Positions 9,412-17,752 of a stretch of DNA of 64,000 bases are shown here, piece after piece. The translations under genes were made by a program, and so were the position numbers. The stretch lies in contig CAZLGP010000178.1 in NCBI GenBank assembly GCA_964558905.1, positions 44,339-108,338 on the forward strand, given 5' to 3'. The first letter of the stretch is position 1; each line of letters starts with the position of its first letter. Below the pieces are notes generated by a model. It worked only from the letters and a program-made list of their open reading frames with translations, made no database searches and was not told the origin of the DNA. Source of the DNA: an uncultured Thermoanaerobaculia bacterium (GTDB lineage Bacteria; Acidobacteriota; Thermoanaerobaculia; Gp7-AA8).

Positions 9412-9801
9412 TCAGCGTCCTTCCTTGCGGGCCTGCTCGATCAGCGCCGAGAGGCGGTCCAGCTCCTGGTTCGACAACTTGCCTCTCTGGCGCTCGATCA
9501 GCGTGGCCACGACGGTCTCGGCGGAACCGTCGAAAAACGTGGTCAGGAGCTGGTCCAGCGCCGAGAGGCGCACCTTCTCGCGATTGCCCGTCGGCCTGTA
9601 TACGTAACGGGTCCCGTCATGTTCATGACGGAGGTGCCCTTTCTGCTCGAGCACCCGGAGCGTGGCTCGCACCGCCGAATAGCTCGGCGGATCGGCCATC
9701 GCCTCCAGGACCTCACCGGCCGTGGCTTTCCCTCGGGCGAAGATGATGTTCATCATCTCCCTCTCCCGCCGGCTGAGAGGGTCCTGCTGTTTTTTCACCA
9801 T
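9412..9801 (-). CDS. BlaI/MecI/CopY family transcriptional repressor
   Basis: From internal ATG 9801: MVKKQQDPLSRREREMMNIIFARGKATAGEVLEAMADPPSYSAVRATLRVLEQKGHLRHEHDGTRYVYRP, a typical winged-helix penicillinase-repressor family sequence. Sits directly upstream of the M56 gene. The longer ORF (to 9933) runs through the heptamer repeat and is unlikely. Confidence 0.85.
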   Translation of the reverse strand: MVKKQQDPLSRREREMMNIIFARGKATAGEVLEAMADPPSYSAVRATLRVLEQKGHLRHEHDGTRYVYRPTGNREKVRLSALDQLLTTFFDGSAETVVATLIERQRGKLSNQELDRLSALIEQARKEGR

Positions 9802-9819
9802 GTGCTGGAAATCTAGCAC
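9802..9819. promoter_or_regulatory. Imperfect palindrome abutting the blaI-like start codon (candidate operator)
   Basis: gtgctggaaatctagcac: half-sites GTGCT and AGCAC around an AT-rich centre, immediately 5' of ATG 9801 on the minus strand. No Shine-Dalgarno is visible between it and the ATG. Confidence 0.25.
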
Positions 9820-9865
9820 CCATCTGGCGAATCGGCAACCGCGTGGCAGAAAGTTCACCGGGGGA

Positions 9866-9976
9866 AGTGCTGGGTGCTGGGTGCTGAGTGCTGAGTCACA
9901 CCCACCCTGGGCCGGGGCGGGCGGTCTCAGCACTCAGCACTCAGCACTCAGCACTCAGCACTCAGCACTCAGCACT
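9866..9976. repeat. Tandem-repeat-armed hairpin, family A (heptamer GTGCTGA / TCAGCAC), copy A1
   Basis: Left arm agtgctgggtgctgggtgctgagtgctgagt (9866-9896). Loop with ccggggcgggcggt. Right arm (ctcagca)x7 at 9926-9976. Lies in the divergent region between the blaI-like gene (start 9801) and the DHS-like gene (start 10009). Confidence 0.9.
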
Positions 9977-10008
9977 TCGGTATGATTCGCGCCGTTTCAG
10001 GAGGTGCC

Positions 10009-10983
10009 ATGCCCGGACCCATCGCCCAGTTCATCGACCACCACTACCGCCACTTCAACGCCGCCGCGCTCAAAGCGGCCGCGATCGACTACAACAAACA
10101 CCTCGGGAAGGGCGGGCAGATGCTCGTCACGCTCGCGGGAGCGATGTCTACGGCCGAGCTCGGGCTGTCGCTCGCCGAGATGATCCGGCAGGACAAGGTG
10201 CAGGCCATCAGTTGCACGGGTGCCAATCTCGAGGAAGACATCTTCAATCTCGTCGCCCACGATTGCTACGAGCGCGTGCCGCACTACCGCTACCTTTCCG
10301 CGCTCGACGAACAGGCGCTGCTCGAGCGCCACATGAACCGCGTCACCGACACCTGCATCCCCGAGGGCGAGGCCATGCGCCGGATCGAGAAGGCCGTCCT
10401 CAGGCACTGGGTGGAGAAGGACCAGGCCGGCAAGCGGCTTTTCCCGCACGAGTTCATGTACGAGATCATCCGCGACGGTTCGATCGAAGAGTTCTACCAG
10501 ATCGATCCGAAGAGCTCCTGGATGGTCGCCGCTGCCGAGCGCAACCTCCCCATGTTCGTCCCTGGCTGGGAGGACTCCACCCTCGGGAACATGTACTCCG
10601 GCCACTGCATCTCGGGCGATGTGAAGAACGTCCACACCGTCCGCACCGGCATCGAGTACATGATCGAGCTCGCCGACTACTACACGAAGACCTCGGCGAG
10701 GTCGTCCATTGGTTTCTTCCAGATCGGCGGCGGCATCGCCGGCGACTTTCCGATCTGCGTCGTGCCGATGCTCCATCAGGACCTCCAGCGCGTCGAGGTC
10801 CCGCTCTGGGGCTACTTCTGCCAGATCAGCGACTCGACCACGAGCTTCGGCTCCTACTCGGGCGCGGTACCGAACGAGAAAATCACATGGGGCAAGCTCG
10901 GCGTCGACACGCCGAGCCACGTCATCGAGAGCGATGCCTCGATCGTCGCGCCGCTGGTGTTTGCCTACGTGCTGGGTTGGTAG
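10009..10983 (+). CDS. Deoxyhypusine synthase family protein (DHS-like / homospermidine-synthase-like)
   Basis: ORF 9982..10983. ATG 10009 is preceded by caggagg (9998-10004). LVTLAGAMSTAELG, CTGANLEEDIFNL, FFQIGGGIAGDFPICVVPM and SDSTTSFGSYSGAVPNEKITWGK are characteristic of bacterial DHS-like proteins. Confidence 0.8.
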   Translation: MPGPIAQFIDHHYRHFNAAALKAAAIDYNKHLGKGGQMLVTLAGAMSTAELGLSLAEMIRQDKVQAISCTGANLEEDIFNLVAHDCYERVPHYRYLSALDEQALLERHMNRVTDTCIPEGEAMRRIEKAVLRHWVEKDQAGKRLFPHEFMYEIIRDGSIEEFYQIDPKSSWMVAAAERNLPMFVPGWEDSTLGNMYSGHCISGDVKNVHTVRTGIEYMIELADYYTKTSARSSIGFFQIGGGIAGDFPICVVPMLHQDLQRVEVPLWGYFCQISDSTTSFGSYSGAVPNEKITWGKLGVDTPSHVIESDASIVAPLVFAYVLGW

Positions 10984-11008
10984 AGCACGATTCATTTAGG
11001 ATGGCGGC

Positions 11009-13792
11009 GTGAAATTCGTCGCCATCGCAATCCTTCTCCTCGCCTCCACGCAGGCACCAATCGAAACCCACATTCGTACGCTCTCCTCCGACTCGATGGA
11101 AGGTCGCGGGCTGGGCACGAAAGGGATCGGCAAGGCTGCCGACTACATCGAAAAAGAGCTCCGCACGATCGGTCTCGAGCCGGCCTTCGGAACGTCGTAC
11201 CGCCAGACGTTCCCTGTCAAAGTCGGCGTGTCTCTCGGCACCGACAATCACATCGACGGCCTGAACAACGATGAGTGGACGCCGCTCGGGTTCTCCAGCG
11301 CCGGGGCGTTCTCGGGACGGCTCGCCTTTGTCGGCTACGGCATCGAGGCGCCGCCGTTGAACTATCGCGAGCTCGAAGGCGTGGACCTGAAGGGCAAAGT
11401 TGCCCTGATGCTCCGCTACGAGCCCCAGGAGAAAGACGACCGCTCCGTCTTCGACGGCAGGAAGCCGAGCCGCTGGTCGGCGATGCGCTACAAGGCCATG
11501 CAGGCCCGCGAGCGCGGCGCGGTCGCGGTCGTCTTCGTCACCGGCCCGCTCCAGGATGAAGGAAAGGACAAGCTCCCCGCGCTCGCGAATGACGGTCCCG
11601 AGAGCCCGGCCGGCATTCCGATCATGCAGGTGAAGACGTCGACGGCGCAGAAGTGGCTCGACCTGGGCCAGTTTCAGACAGACGTCGACGCCGATCTGAG
11701 GCCGCGATCGCGGGTCCTCGACGCAACGCTCTCGGGCAATGTCGACGTGAAAGCGACGTTCGCCGAGGGGATCAACGTCGTGGGCGTCATTCCCGGTCGG
11801 GGCAGGCTCGCGAACGAGACCGTCGTCATCGGCGCGCACTACGATCACCTCGGCTACGGCGGCAAGGGCTCGATGCGGCCGAACGACACCGGGATCCACA
11901 ACGGTGCGGACGACAACGCCTCCGGTACAGCGGCGGTGCTCGTCGCCGCGAAGAACCTGCACGACGCGATGAAGACGGTGACGGTGCATCGCCGGATCGT
12001 CGTTGCGCTCTTCTCCGCGGAAGAGATGGGCCTCGGCGGCTCCGGGTATTTCGTCGAGAACGTGCCGATCCCGCTCGAGGGCATCAAAGCGATGGTGAAC
12101 CTCGACATGGTCGGGGCGATGAAGGACGACAAACTCGTCGCCCTCGGCGCGGAGTCGGCGCCGGAGTGGAAGCCGCTCCTCGATTCCATCGGCGGCGAGT
12201 TGAAGCTTGCCATCACCTCCAGCGGCGACGGCTACGGTCCCTCGGACCAGACGTCGTTCTACGCGAAGCAGATCCCGGTGCTGCACTTTTTCACCGGCTC
12301 TCACGAGCGCTATCACACACCCGATGACGACGCCGACGCGATCAACTTCGAAGGCGCCGCGAAGACCGCCGAGCTCACGGCCCGTGTGGCATCGACGATC
12401 GCGCGCGGCGAGGTCACCCCGACGTACGCGCGCATTGCCGCGGCGCCGGCGATGCAGGGCGACAGCCGAGGGTACGGCGCCTACCTCGGCACTGTCCCCG
12501 ACTTCACCGCGATGGAAGCTGCCGGCGGCGGCGTGAAGCTCGCCGACGTCCGCGCCGGCGGTCCCGCCGACAAAGCCGGCATCAAGGGCGGCGACGTGCT
12601 CGTCGAGATGGCGGGCACGCGTATCGAGAACCTCTACGACATGACCTACGCGCTGCAGGACCACAAGCCTGGCGAGACGATCGACGTGGTCGTGCTCCGC
12701 AACGGCGAGCGAGTCACGCTGCGAGCGACTCTCGGCTCTCGCGGAAGCATGGCCGCTCCTGCCGGAGCCCACGGCACGGCGCAAGCCTTCGAGATCAAGG
12801 CCGGCAAACCGTTCGAGAAGACGTTCGATGGCGAGAGACACCTCCAAAACGTCCGCCAGCTCACCTTCGGTGGCGAGAACGCCGAGGCCTACTTCAGTCC
12901 GGACGGGAAGAAGCTCATCTACCAGTCCACGCCGGAGCGCGGCGGATGCGATCAGCAGTACGTGATGGACCTCGCGACCGGCGAGACGAAGCTGGTGACG
13001 AGCGGCAAGGGCCGCACGACGTGCGGGTATGTCTCCTTCCCCGGGGGCGATCGTATTCTCTACGCGTCGACCGAAGCGTTCCAGAGCGAGTGCCCGCCGC
13101 CGCCTGACCGCAGCCGTGGCTACATCTGGGGCGTGTATCCCACCTACGACATCTTCATTGCGAAGGCCGACGGCTCGGAGAAGAAGCGCATCACCGAAAC
13201 GCCGGGATACGACGCCGAGGCGACCTGGTGCCACAAGGGGGGGAAGATCATCTTCACCTCGGTGCGCGACGGGGATCTCGAGCTCTATTCGATGAATGAA
13301 GACGGCGGCGACGTGAAGCGCCTCACCCACACCCCGGGGTACGACGGCGGCGCGTTCTACAACGCCGACTGCACGGAGATCGTCTGGCGCGCGTCGCGCT
13401 TCGCCGATCCCGCGGAGCTCGAGGACTACCGGAAGCTTCTCGCGGACGGATTCGTGAGGCCGTCGCGCATGGAGCTGTACGTGGCGAAGGCCGACGGATC
13501 GGACGCGAAGCAGATCACGAACAACGGCGCCGCCAACTTCGGCCCGTACTTCACGCCGGACGGCAAGCGCATCATCTACTCCTCGAACGTCCTCGATCCG
13601 CGCGGCCGGGAGTTCGACATCTTCATCGTGAACAAGGACGGCACCGGCGAGCCCGAACGGATCACGACCGCGCCCGCGTTCGACGGCTTCCCGATCTTCA
13701 GCCCCGATGGCAAGTGGATCGTGTGGGGCTCGAACCGTGCGAACCCCGAGGGACACGACACGAACCTGTTCATCGCGAAGTGGGTGGAGTGA
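11009..13792 (+). CDS. M28 family peptidase fused to a PDZ domain and a TolB-like beta-propeller
   Basis: GTG start. Signal peptide MKFVAIAILLLASTQA. M28 motifs VVIGAHYDHLGYG, HNGADDNASGTAAVL, FSAEEMGLGGSGYF. PDZ: GVKLADVRAGGPADKAGIKGGDVLVEMAG. C-terminal repeated FSPDGKKLIY / FTPDGKRIIY / FSPDGKWIVW propeller blades. Confidence 0.8.
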   Translation: MKFVAIAILLLASTQAPIETHIRTLSSDSMEGRGLGTKGIGKAADYIEKELRTIGLEPAFGTSYRQTFPVKVGVSLGTDNHIDGLNNDEWTPLGFSSAGAFSGRLAFVGYGIEAPPLNYRELEGVDLKGKVALMLRYEPQEKDDRSVFDGRKPSRWSAMRYKAMQARERGAVAVVFVTGPLQDEGKDKLPALANDGPESPAGIPIMQVKTSTAQKWLDLGQFQTDVDADLRPRSRVLDATLSGNVDVKATFAEGINVVGVIPGRGRLANETVVIGAHYDHLGYGGKGSMRPNDTGIHNGADDNASGTAAVLVAAKNLHDAMKTVTVHRRIVVALFSAEEMGLGGSGYFVENVPIPLEGIKAMVNLDMVGAMKDDKLVALGAESAPEWKPLLDSIGGELKLAITSSGDGYGPSDQTSFYAKQIPVLHFFTGSHERYHTPDDDADAINFEGAAKTAELTARVASTIARGEVTPTYARIAAAPAMQGDSRGYGAYLGTVPDFTAMEAAGGGVKLADVRAGGPADKAGIKGGDVLVEMAGTRIENLYDMTYALQDHKPGETIDVVVLRNGERVTLRATLGSRGSMAAPAGAHGTAQAFEIKAGKPFEKTFDGERHLQNVRQLTFGGENAEAYFSPDGKKLIYQSTPERGGCDQQYVMDLATGETKLVTSGKGRTTCGYVSFPGGDRILYASTEAFQSECPPPPDRSRGYIWGVYPTYDIFIAKADGSEKKRITETPGYDAEATWCHKGGKIIFTSVRDGDLELYSMNEDGGDVKRLTHTPGYDGGAFYNADCTEIVWRASRFADPAELEDYRKLLADGFVRPSRMELYVAKADGSDAKQITNNGAANFGPYFTPDGKRIIYSSNVLDPRGREFDIFIVNKDGTGEPERITTAPAFDGFPIFSPDGKWIVWGSNRANPEGHDTNLFIAKWVE

Positions 13793-13819
13793 TTCTCGGG
13801 AGGTAGGTAAGGGTCAGAC

Positions 13820-13917
13820 CCAGTCAGTCTCAAAGTCTCAAAGTCTCAAAGTCTCAAAGAGTGTTCTTGCCGCCCTCTTTGAGACTTTGAGACTTTGAGA
13901 CTTTGAGACTTGACTGG
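13820..13917. repeat. Tandem-repeat-armed hairpin, family B (octamer GTCTCAAA / TTTGAGAC), copy B1
   Basis: ccagtca(gtctcaaa)x4gag, 13-nt loop tgttcttgccgcc, then ctc(tttgagac)x4ttgactgg. Sits between convergent stops at 13792 and 13930. Confidence 0.9.
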
Positions 13918-13929
13918 ACGCTCCCCCTA

Positions 13930-14712
13930 CTAACTCGCCAGTGCGACCGTGATCGCGCCGAACGCGATCTCGCTCCAGCCGATCTTCTTCGCCGGCGGGA
14001 CGGCGGGGCGTGAGAGCTGCCATGCGGCTCGCGCGAACAGCACGACCATCGCGACGACCGCGAGCGGCCTCGCGAAGAGCGCCGCGAGGGCGATGGCGAT
14101 CGCGTGCAACGCCAGCGACGGCCACGACGCGGCGTCGCGGCCGTGTGAGCGCGCGAGCAGCGTGCGCACGTACACGATCGATGGAATCGCGCGCGCGACG
14201 ATGATCCCGGAGAGGACGAGCGCCGGCACGATCCGCATCCCGGAGGCGATGGCGATGGCCGCGGCGCTCGACGACATCGCGGCCGCGCCGCCGAGCTCGG
14301 GAAGGAGAGCGCGCCCGCGGTTCCGCGCGTCATAGAGGATCTGCGTGACTCCCATCGGCGCGACCAGGGCGATCGGAATCAGGATCGACCATCCGGACAC
14401 GAGCACGGCCAGCATCAGCGCGCCTCCCGCGCAGGCCGCGTATGCGGCGAAGAATGACCAGCACCAGCGTGTGCGCGGATACGCGCGGCCGCGCAGCGCG
14501 TCCTGCAGTCCCAGGCGGAGCGGCTGGCGGCAGAGAAAGCCGCCAAGGAACGCGAGCGCGACGAGGAATCCGCCGCGGGAGGGGGCGACCGCGAGACCGA
14601 GCACGATCGGCTCGAAGAGAAAGCCCCAGCCCCCGTGCTCGGTCGGCAGCGCGAGCGGACGCAGTGTCGGTCGGGGACGGGCAACCGGGGAGGCGAGGCT
14701 GGCAGAAGTCAT
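13930..14712 (-). CDS. YwiC-like family integral membrane protein
   Basis: N-terminal LPTEHGGWGFLFEPIVLGL resembles the YwiC-like signature. The rest is polytopic and hydrophobic (8 predicted helices by eye). Confidence 0.55.
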   Translation of the reverse strand: MTSASLASPVARPRPTLRPLALPTEHGGWGFLFEPIVLGLAVAPSRGGFLVALAFLGGFLCRQPLRLGLQDALRGRAYPRTRWCWSFFAAYAACAGGALMLAVLVSGWSILIPIALVAPMGVTQILYDARNRGRALLPELGGAAAMSSSAAAIAIASGMRIVPALVLSGIIVARAIPSIVYVRTLLARSHGRDAASWPSLALHAIAIALAALFARPLAVVAMVVLFARAAWQLSRPAVPPAKKIGWSEIAFGAITVALAS

Positions 14713-14767
14713 CGCACGGGCAAGTCTCGGCCAGGCTTGCTCCGCGAGGCATGACCAAAGTCATGCC

Positions 14768-15358
14768 TCACTCCGATTCGAGCTCGGCGAGCTCAGCCCA
14801 CAAGTCGTCGAGATCAACGGTAAGACCTGCGCAGCCGGGCACATCGTGCAGCGTGCCTTCGGTTCCCACAGCGGCGCGAGCGTAACGGTCGTCCACGAGC
14901 TCGAAGACCTCGAGCGATCGCAGCATCGGGTCGACGATCCAGTAGAAGCGGATCCCGAAACTCGCGTAGTCACTCATCTTTTCGATGCGGTCCCGGCGTT
15001 CGTCGCGGGGCGTGGGCGAGACGACTTCGATCGCGATATCGGGTGGCGTTGTCACGATCGCCCGGACGGCGAGCTTCACCCGGGTGAGGTAGATGGCAAG
15101 GTCCGGTTTTCGACCGCGGCCCTTGCTGACCGCAAATCGCGCGTCTGACGGAATGACCCAGCCCGCTTTTCCCAGCCAGCTCCGGAAAACGTGCACCAGC
15201 CAACTGACGACGATCTCGTGGTCAATCCCCGGTACCTCTTCCTCCTCGAGCCGGCCGTCGACGAGCTCGCCCGGCTCGTCTTCATCCATCGCCGCCCATT
15301 CCTCGAGAGTGATGGGCCGGCCGAGGATCGGCAGCGGGTGTTCCAGCGTAAATGACAT
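14768..15358 (-). CDS. Uma2 family (DUF820) endonuclease
   Basis: From ATG 15358: MSFTLEHPLPILGRPITLEEWAAMDEDEPGELVDGRLEEEEVPG..PDLAIY..PPDIAIEVVSPTPRDERRDRIEKMSDYASFGIRFYWIVDP. This is the PD-(D/E)xK core (D...E-V-x-S) typical of Uma2. The upstream 125 codons of the ORF are Arg/Ser-rich and unlikely to be coding. Confidence 0.75.
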   Translation of the reverse strand: MSFTLEHPLPILGRPITLEEWAAMDEDEPGELVDGRLEEEEVPGIDHEIVVSWLVHVFRSWLGKAGWVIPSDARFAVSKGRGRKPDLAIYLTRVKLAVRAIVTTPPDIAIEVVSPTPRDERRDRIEKMSDYASFGIRFYWIVDPMLRSLEVFELVDDRYARAAVGTEGTLHDVPGCAGLTVDLDDLWAELAELESE

Positions 15359-15440
15359 CGCGCGGTCGATTTTACTCCCGCACCGCCACGCATGATGAAA
15401 GTCATAGGAGCGGGCCTGGCCACGAGTACGCTGGGGAACA

Positions 15441-16823
15441 ATGAAACGCCTCGGCATGGCCGTGCTCGCTCTGATCCTCACGACGTCGGCGTTCGGGGAT
15501 TCCGTGGAGCTCTCCGGATCCCTGCGGCTGCGCGCGGAAAGCTGGTCGTTCTTCGAGACTCCCGGGTACGACGACGAGTACCTCTTCGGGGCCGCGCTGC
15601 TTCGCGCGTCCGCGGCCCAGCAGGTCACTTCGAATCTCGACTGGCAGTTCGAGCTCGTCGCGCCGATGCTGCTCGGACTTCCGGATCGTGCCGTCGCGCC
15701 CGCGCCACGCGGCCAACTCGGTCTCGGCGGCACGTACTACGCCGCGAACGCCGGCGAGGACGTCGCTGCGGTCTTTCCGAAGCAGGCCTTCGTCCGCTTC
15801 CGCAGCGGTGCTCATGCGATCCGCGCGGGGCGTTTCGAGCTCGGGGAAGGCGGCGAAGTCGTTCCGAAGAACGCTTCGCTCGCGGCGGTGAAGAACGCGC
15901 GCGTTGCGCAGCGGCTCATCGGCGCATTCGGCTTCTCGCACGTCGGGCGCAGTGCGGACGGTGCGCAGTACGTCTTCAACACGCCGACACTCAATCTCAC
16001 CGCGGCCGTCTTCCGTCCCACCGTCGGCGCGTTCAACACCGACGGCCTCGGCGAGGTCGACGATGTGGGCGTCGTCTACGCAGCGCTGACCCGCTCCGGC
16101 GCGAACGACGACGTGCGTCTCTTCGCGATGGGATATCGCGACAACCGACCGATCGTGAAAACCGACAACCGGCCCGCGGCCGTGCGCGCGCAGGACCTCG
16201 GCGACATCAGGGTGTCGACGATCGGCGCGCACTACCTTCGTGCCTTCGGCAACGCGAACGTGCTTGCGTGGATCGCCTTGCAGGGCGGCGACTGGGGCCT
16301 GCTCGAGCACCGCGGCTCCGCAATCGCTCTCGAGGGGGGATACAGCTTCGCCGGCGACCGGAAGCTGCGCGCCGGGCTCTTCGTCTCGAGCGGTGACGAC
16401 GATCCCGGCGACGACGAGCACGGCACGTTCTTTCAGGTTCTGCCCACGCCGCGCATCTACGCGCGCTTCCCGTTCTACAACGCGATGAACAGCAAGGACG
16501 CATTCGTGAAGTACTCGATGAAGCCGCACGCGAAGGTGACCCTCGCCAGCGAGCTGCACTTCCTGAAGTTGACCGAGGATCGAGACCTCTGGTACGCGGG
16601 CGGCGGAGCGTTCGAGGACCGGAGCTTCGGCTTCGCAGGACGCCCCGCGAACGGCAGCGACGATCTCGCGCGTGTGCTCGACGTCAGCATCGACTACGCG
16701 ATGAATCCGAAGACGAGCTTCGCCGCCTACGCCGGGTTCGCACGCGGAGGAGACGTCGTCGACGCGATCTTCGAGGACGAGAGGGCGCGGTTCGTGTACG
16801 TGGAGGTGACGCGGCGGTTCTGA
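15441..16823 (+). CDS. Outer-membrane beta-barrel, alginate-export (AlgE-like) family
   Basis: Signal peptide MKRLGMAVLALILTTSAFG. N-terminal SGSLRLRAESWSFFE, alternating beta-strand pattern, C-terminal aromatic end ...YVEVTRRF. Confidence 0.5.
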   Translation: MKRLGMAVLALILTTSAFGDSVELSGSLRLRAESWSFFETPGYDDEYLFGAALLRASAAQQVTSNLDWQFELVAPMLLGLPDRAVAPAPRGQLGLGGTYYAANAGEDVAAVFPKQAFVRFRSGAHAIRAGRFELGEGGEVVPKNASLAAVKNARVAQRLIGAFGFSHVGRSADGAQYVFNTPTLNLTAAVFRPTVGAFNTDGLGEVDDVGVVYAALTRSGANDDVRLFAMGYRDNRPIVKTDNRPAAVRAQDLGDIRVSTIGAHYLRAFGNANVLAWIALQGGDWGLLEHRGSAIALEGGYSFAGDRKLRAGLFVSSGDDDPGDDEHGTFFQVLPTPRIYARFPFYNAMNSKDAFVKYSMKPHAKVTLASELHFLKLTEDRDLWYAGGGAFEDRSFGFAGRPANGSDDLARVLDVSIDYAMNPKTSFAAYAGFARGGDVVDAIFEDERARFVYVEVTRRF

Positions 16824-16834
16824 GGTGGGCGGGG

Positions 16835-16984
16835 GAGTCTCAAAGTCTCAGAGTCTCAAAGTCTCAGAGTCTCAAAGTCTCAAAGTCTCAGAGTCTCAAA
16901 GTCTCAAAGTCTCAGAGTCTCAAAGTCTCAAAGAGTCCGTGATCACCCTCTTTGCGACTTTGCGACTTTGAGACTTTGAGACTC
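16835..16984. repeat. Tandem-repeat-armed hairpin, family B, copy B2 (asymmetric: 12 units versus 4)
   Basis: Left arm: 12 contiguous octamers alternating gtctcaaa/gtctcaga (16837-16932). Right arm: ctc tttgcgac tttgcgac tttgagac tttgagac tc (16948-16984). Preceded by ggtgggcggggg. Ends 9 nt before the crp/fnr ATG at 16994. Confidence 0.9.
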
Positions 16985-16993
16985 TAATAGCGA

Positions 16994-17677
16994 ATGCCGC
17001 TCGAACCGACCATCCCCTTCAACTCCATTCCGCTCCTGTCCGCGTTGCGGCCGGATGACCGTGAGGCGCTCGCGCCACTGTGCCGCATGCGCGGCTTCGA
17101 GAAGGGGGAGACGATCTTCCGCGAAGGCGAGCCCGCCGACCGCATCCATTTCGTCGTCCTTGGCCGCGTGAAGATCGTCAAGGCGGCCGGCGGGCGCGAC
17201 GTCATCCTCGAGCTTCTCGGTCCAGGCGAGCCGGTCGGGGCGGTTGCGGTTTTCGAGCGCCGGCCCTTTCCCGCCGGAGCGGTGACGCTCGAGGGGACGA
17301 GCATTCTCTCGATTCCGGAGCGTGAGTTCTTCCAGCTCCTCGAAACGCGGCCGGAGATGATGCGCCGCCTTCTCGCCGGCCTCACCTACCGCCTGATCAT
17401 GGTCAACAAGCGGCTCGCGGACATGACCGGCTCCGCCGAGTACCGCGCGGCCCGACTCTTCCTCACCCTCGGCGACCGCGTGGGCACGCCTCAGGCGGGC
17501 GGCCTGTTCATTCCCCTCGCGCTGTCGCGGCAGGAGATCGCGGATCTCATCGGTACGACCCTCGAAACCGCCATCCGCCTCATGAGCCGCTGGCAGAAGG
17601 ACGGAATGATCGTCACCGAGAAGAACGGGTTCGTGATTCCGGACCTGAATGGGCTGCGGGAGCTGACCGCGGAGTGA
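16994..17677 (+). CDS. Crp/Fnr family transcriptional regulator
   Basis: cNMP-binding fold (FEKGETIFREGEPADRIHFVVLGRVKIVK, GPGEPVGAVAVFE) and C-terminal HTH (LSRQEIADLIGTTLETAIRLMSRWQKDGMI). Confidence 0.85.
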   Translation: MPLEPTIPFNSIPLLSALRPDDREALAPLCRMRGFEKGETIFREGEPADRIHFVVLGRVKIVKAAGGRDVILELLGPGEPVGAVAVFERRPFPAGAVTLEGTSILSIPEREFFQLLETRPEMMRRLLAGLTYRLIMVNKRLADMTGSAEYRAARLFLTLGDRVGTPQAGGLFIPLALSRQEIADLIGTTLETAIRLMSRWQKDGMIVTEKNGFVIPDLNGLRELTAE

Positions 17678-17752
17678 GTGACCCGTTGCCCGGGGAGGCC
17701 TACGGGCGACGGGTCACGGGCAACGGGTCACGGGCAACGGGCAACGGGCAAC
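17678..17752. repeat. Tandem-repeat-armed hairpin, family C (heptamers CCCGTTG / GGGTCAC-GGGCAAC), copy C2
   Basis: Short left arm gtgacccgttgcccg (17678-17692). Long right arm of about 7 heptamers (17703-17752). Fills the whole gap between convergent stops at 17677 and 17752. Confidence 0.85.

Noticed and set aside
9866-9976. Whether the tandem heptamer or octamer arrays are CRISPR arrays.
   Set aside because: The units are contiguous, with no unique spacers between them. They are only 7-8 nt long and occur as inverted arm pairs, and no cas genes are present.
9722-11012. ORFs reading through repeat arms and giving peptides such as STQHSALSTQHSAL (9722..9985, 9888..11012).
   Set aside because: The periodic peptide is a by-product of translating a heptamer array. 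The downstream part is out of frame with the well-supported DHS-like gene.
14768-15733. Full 321-aa ORF for the Uma2 gene, and a possible mobile or defence context.
   Set aside because: Only the C-terminal 196 aa (from ATG 15358) look like Uma2. The N-terminal extension is low complexity. No transposase, integrase, toxin partner or flanking repeats were seen, so it is treated as a solitary housekeeping-type Uma2 gene.
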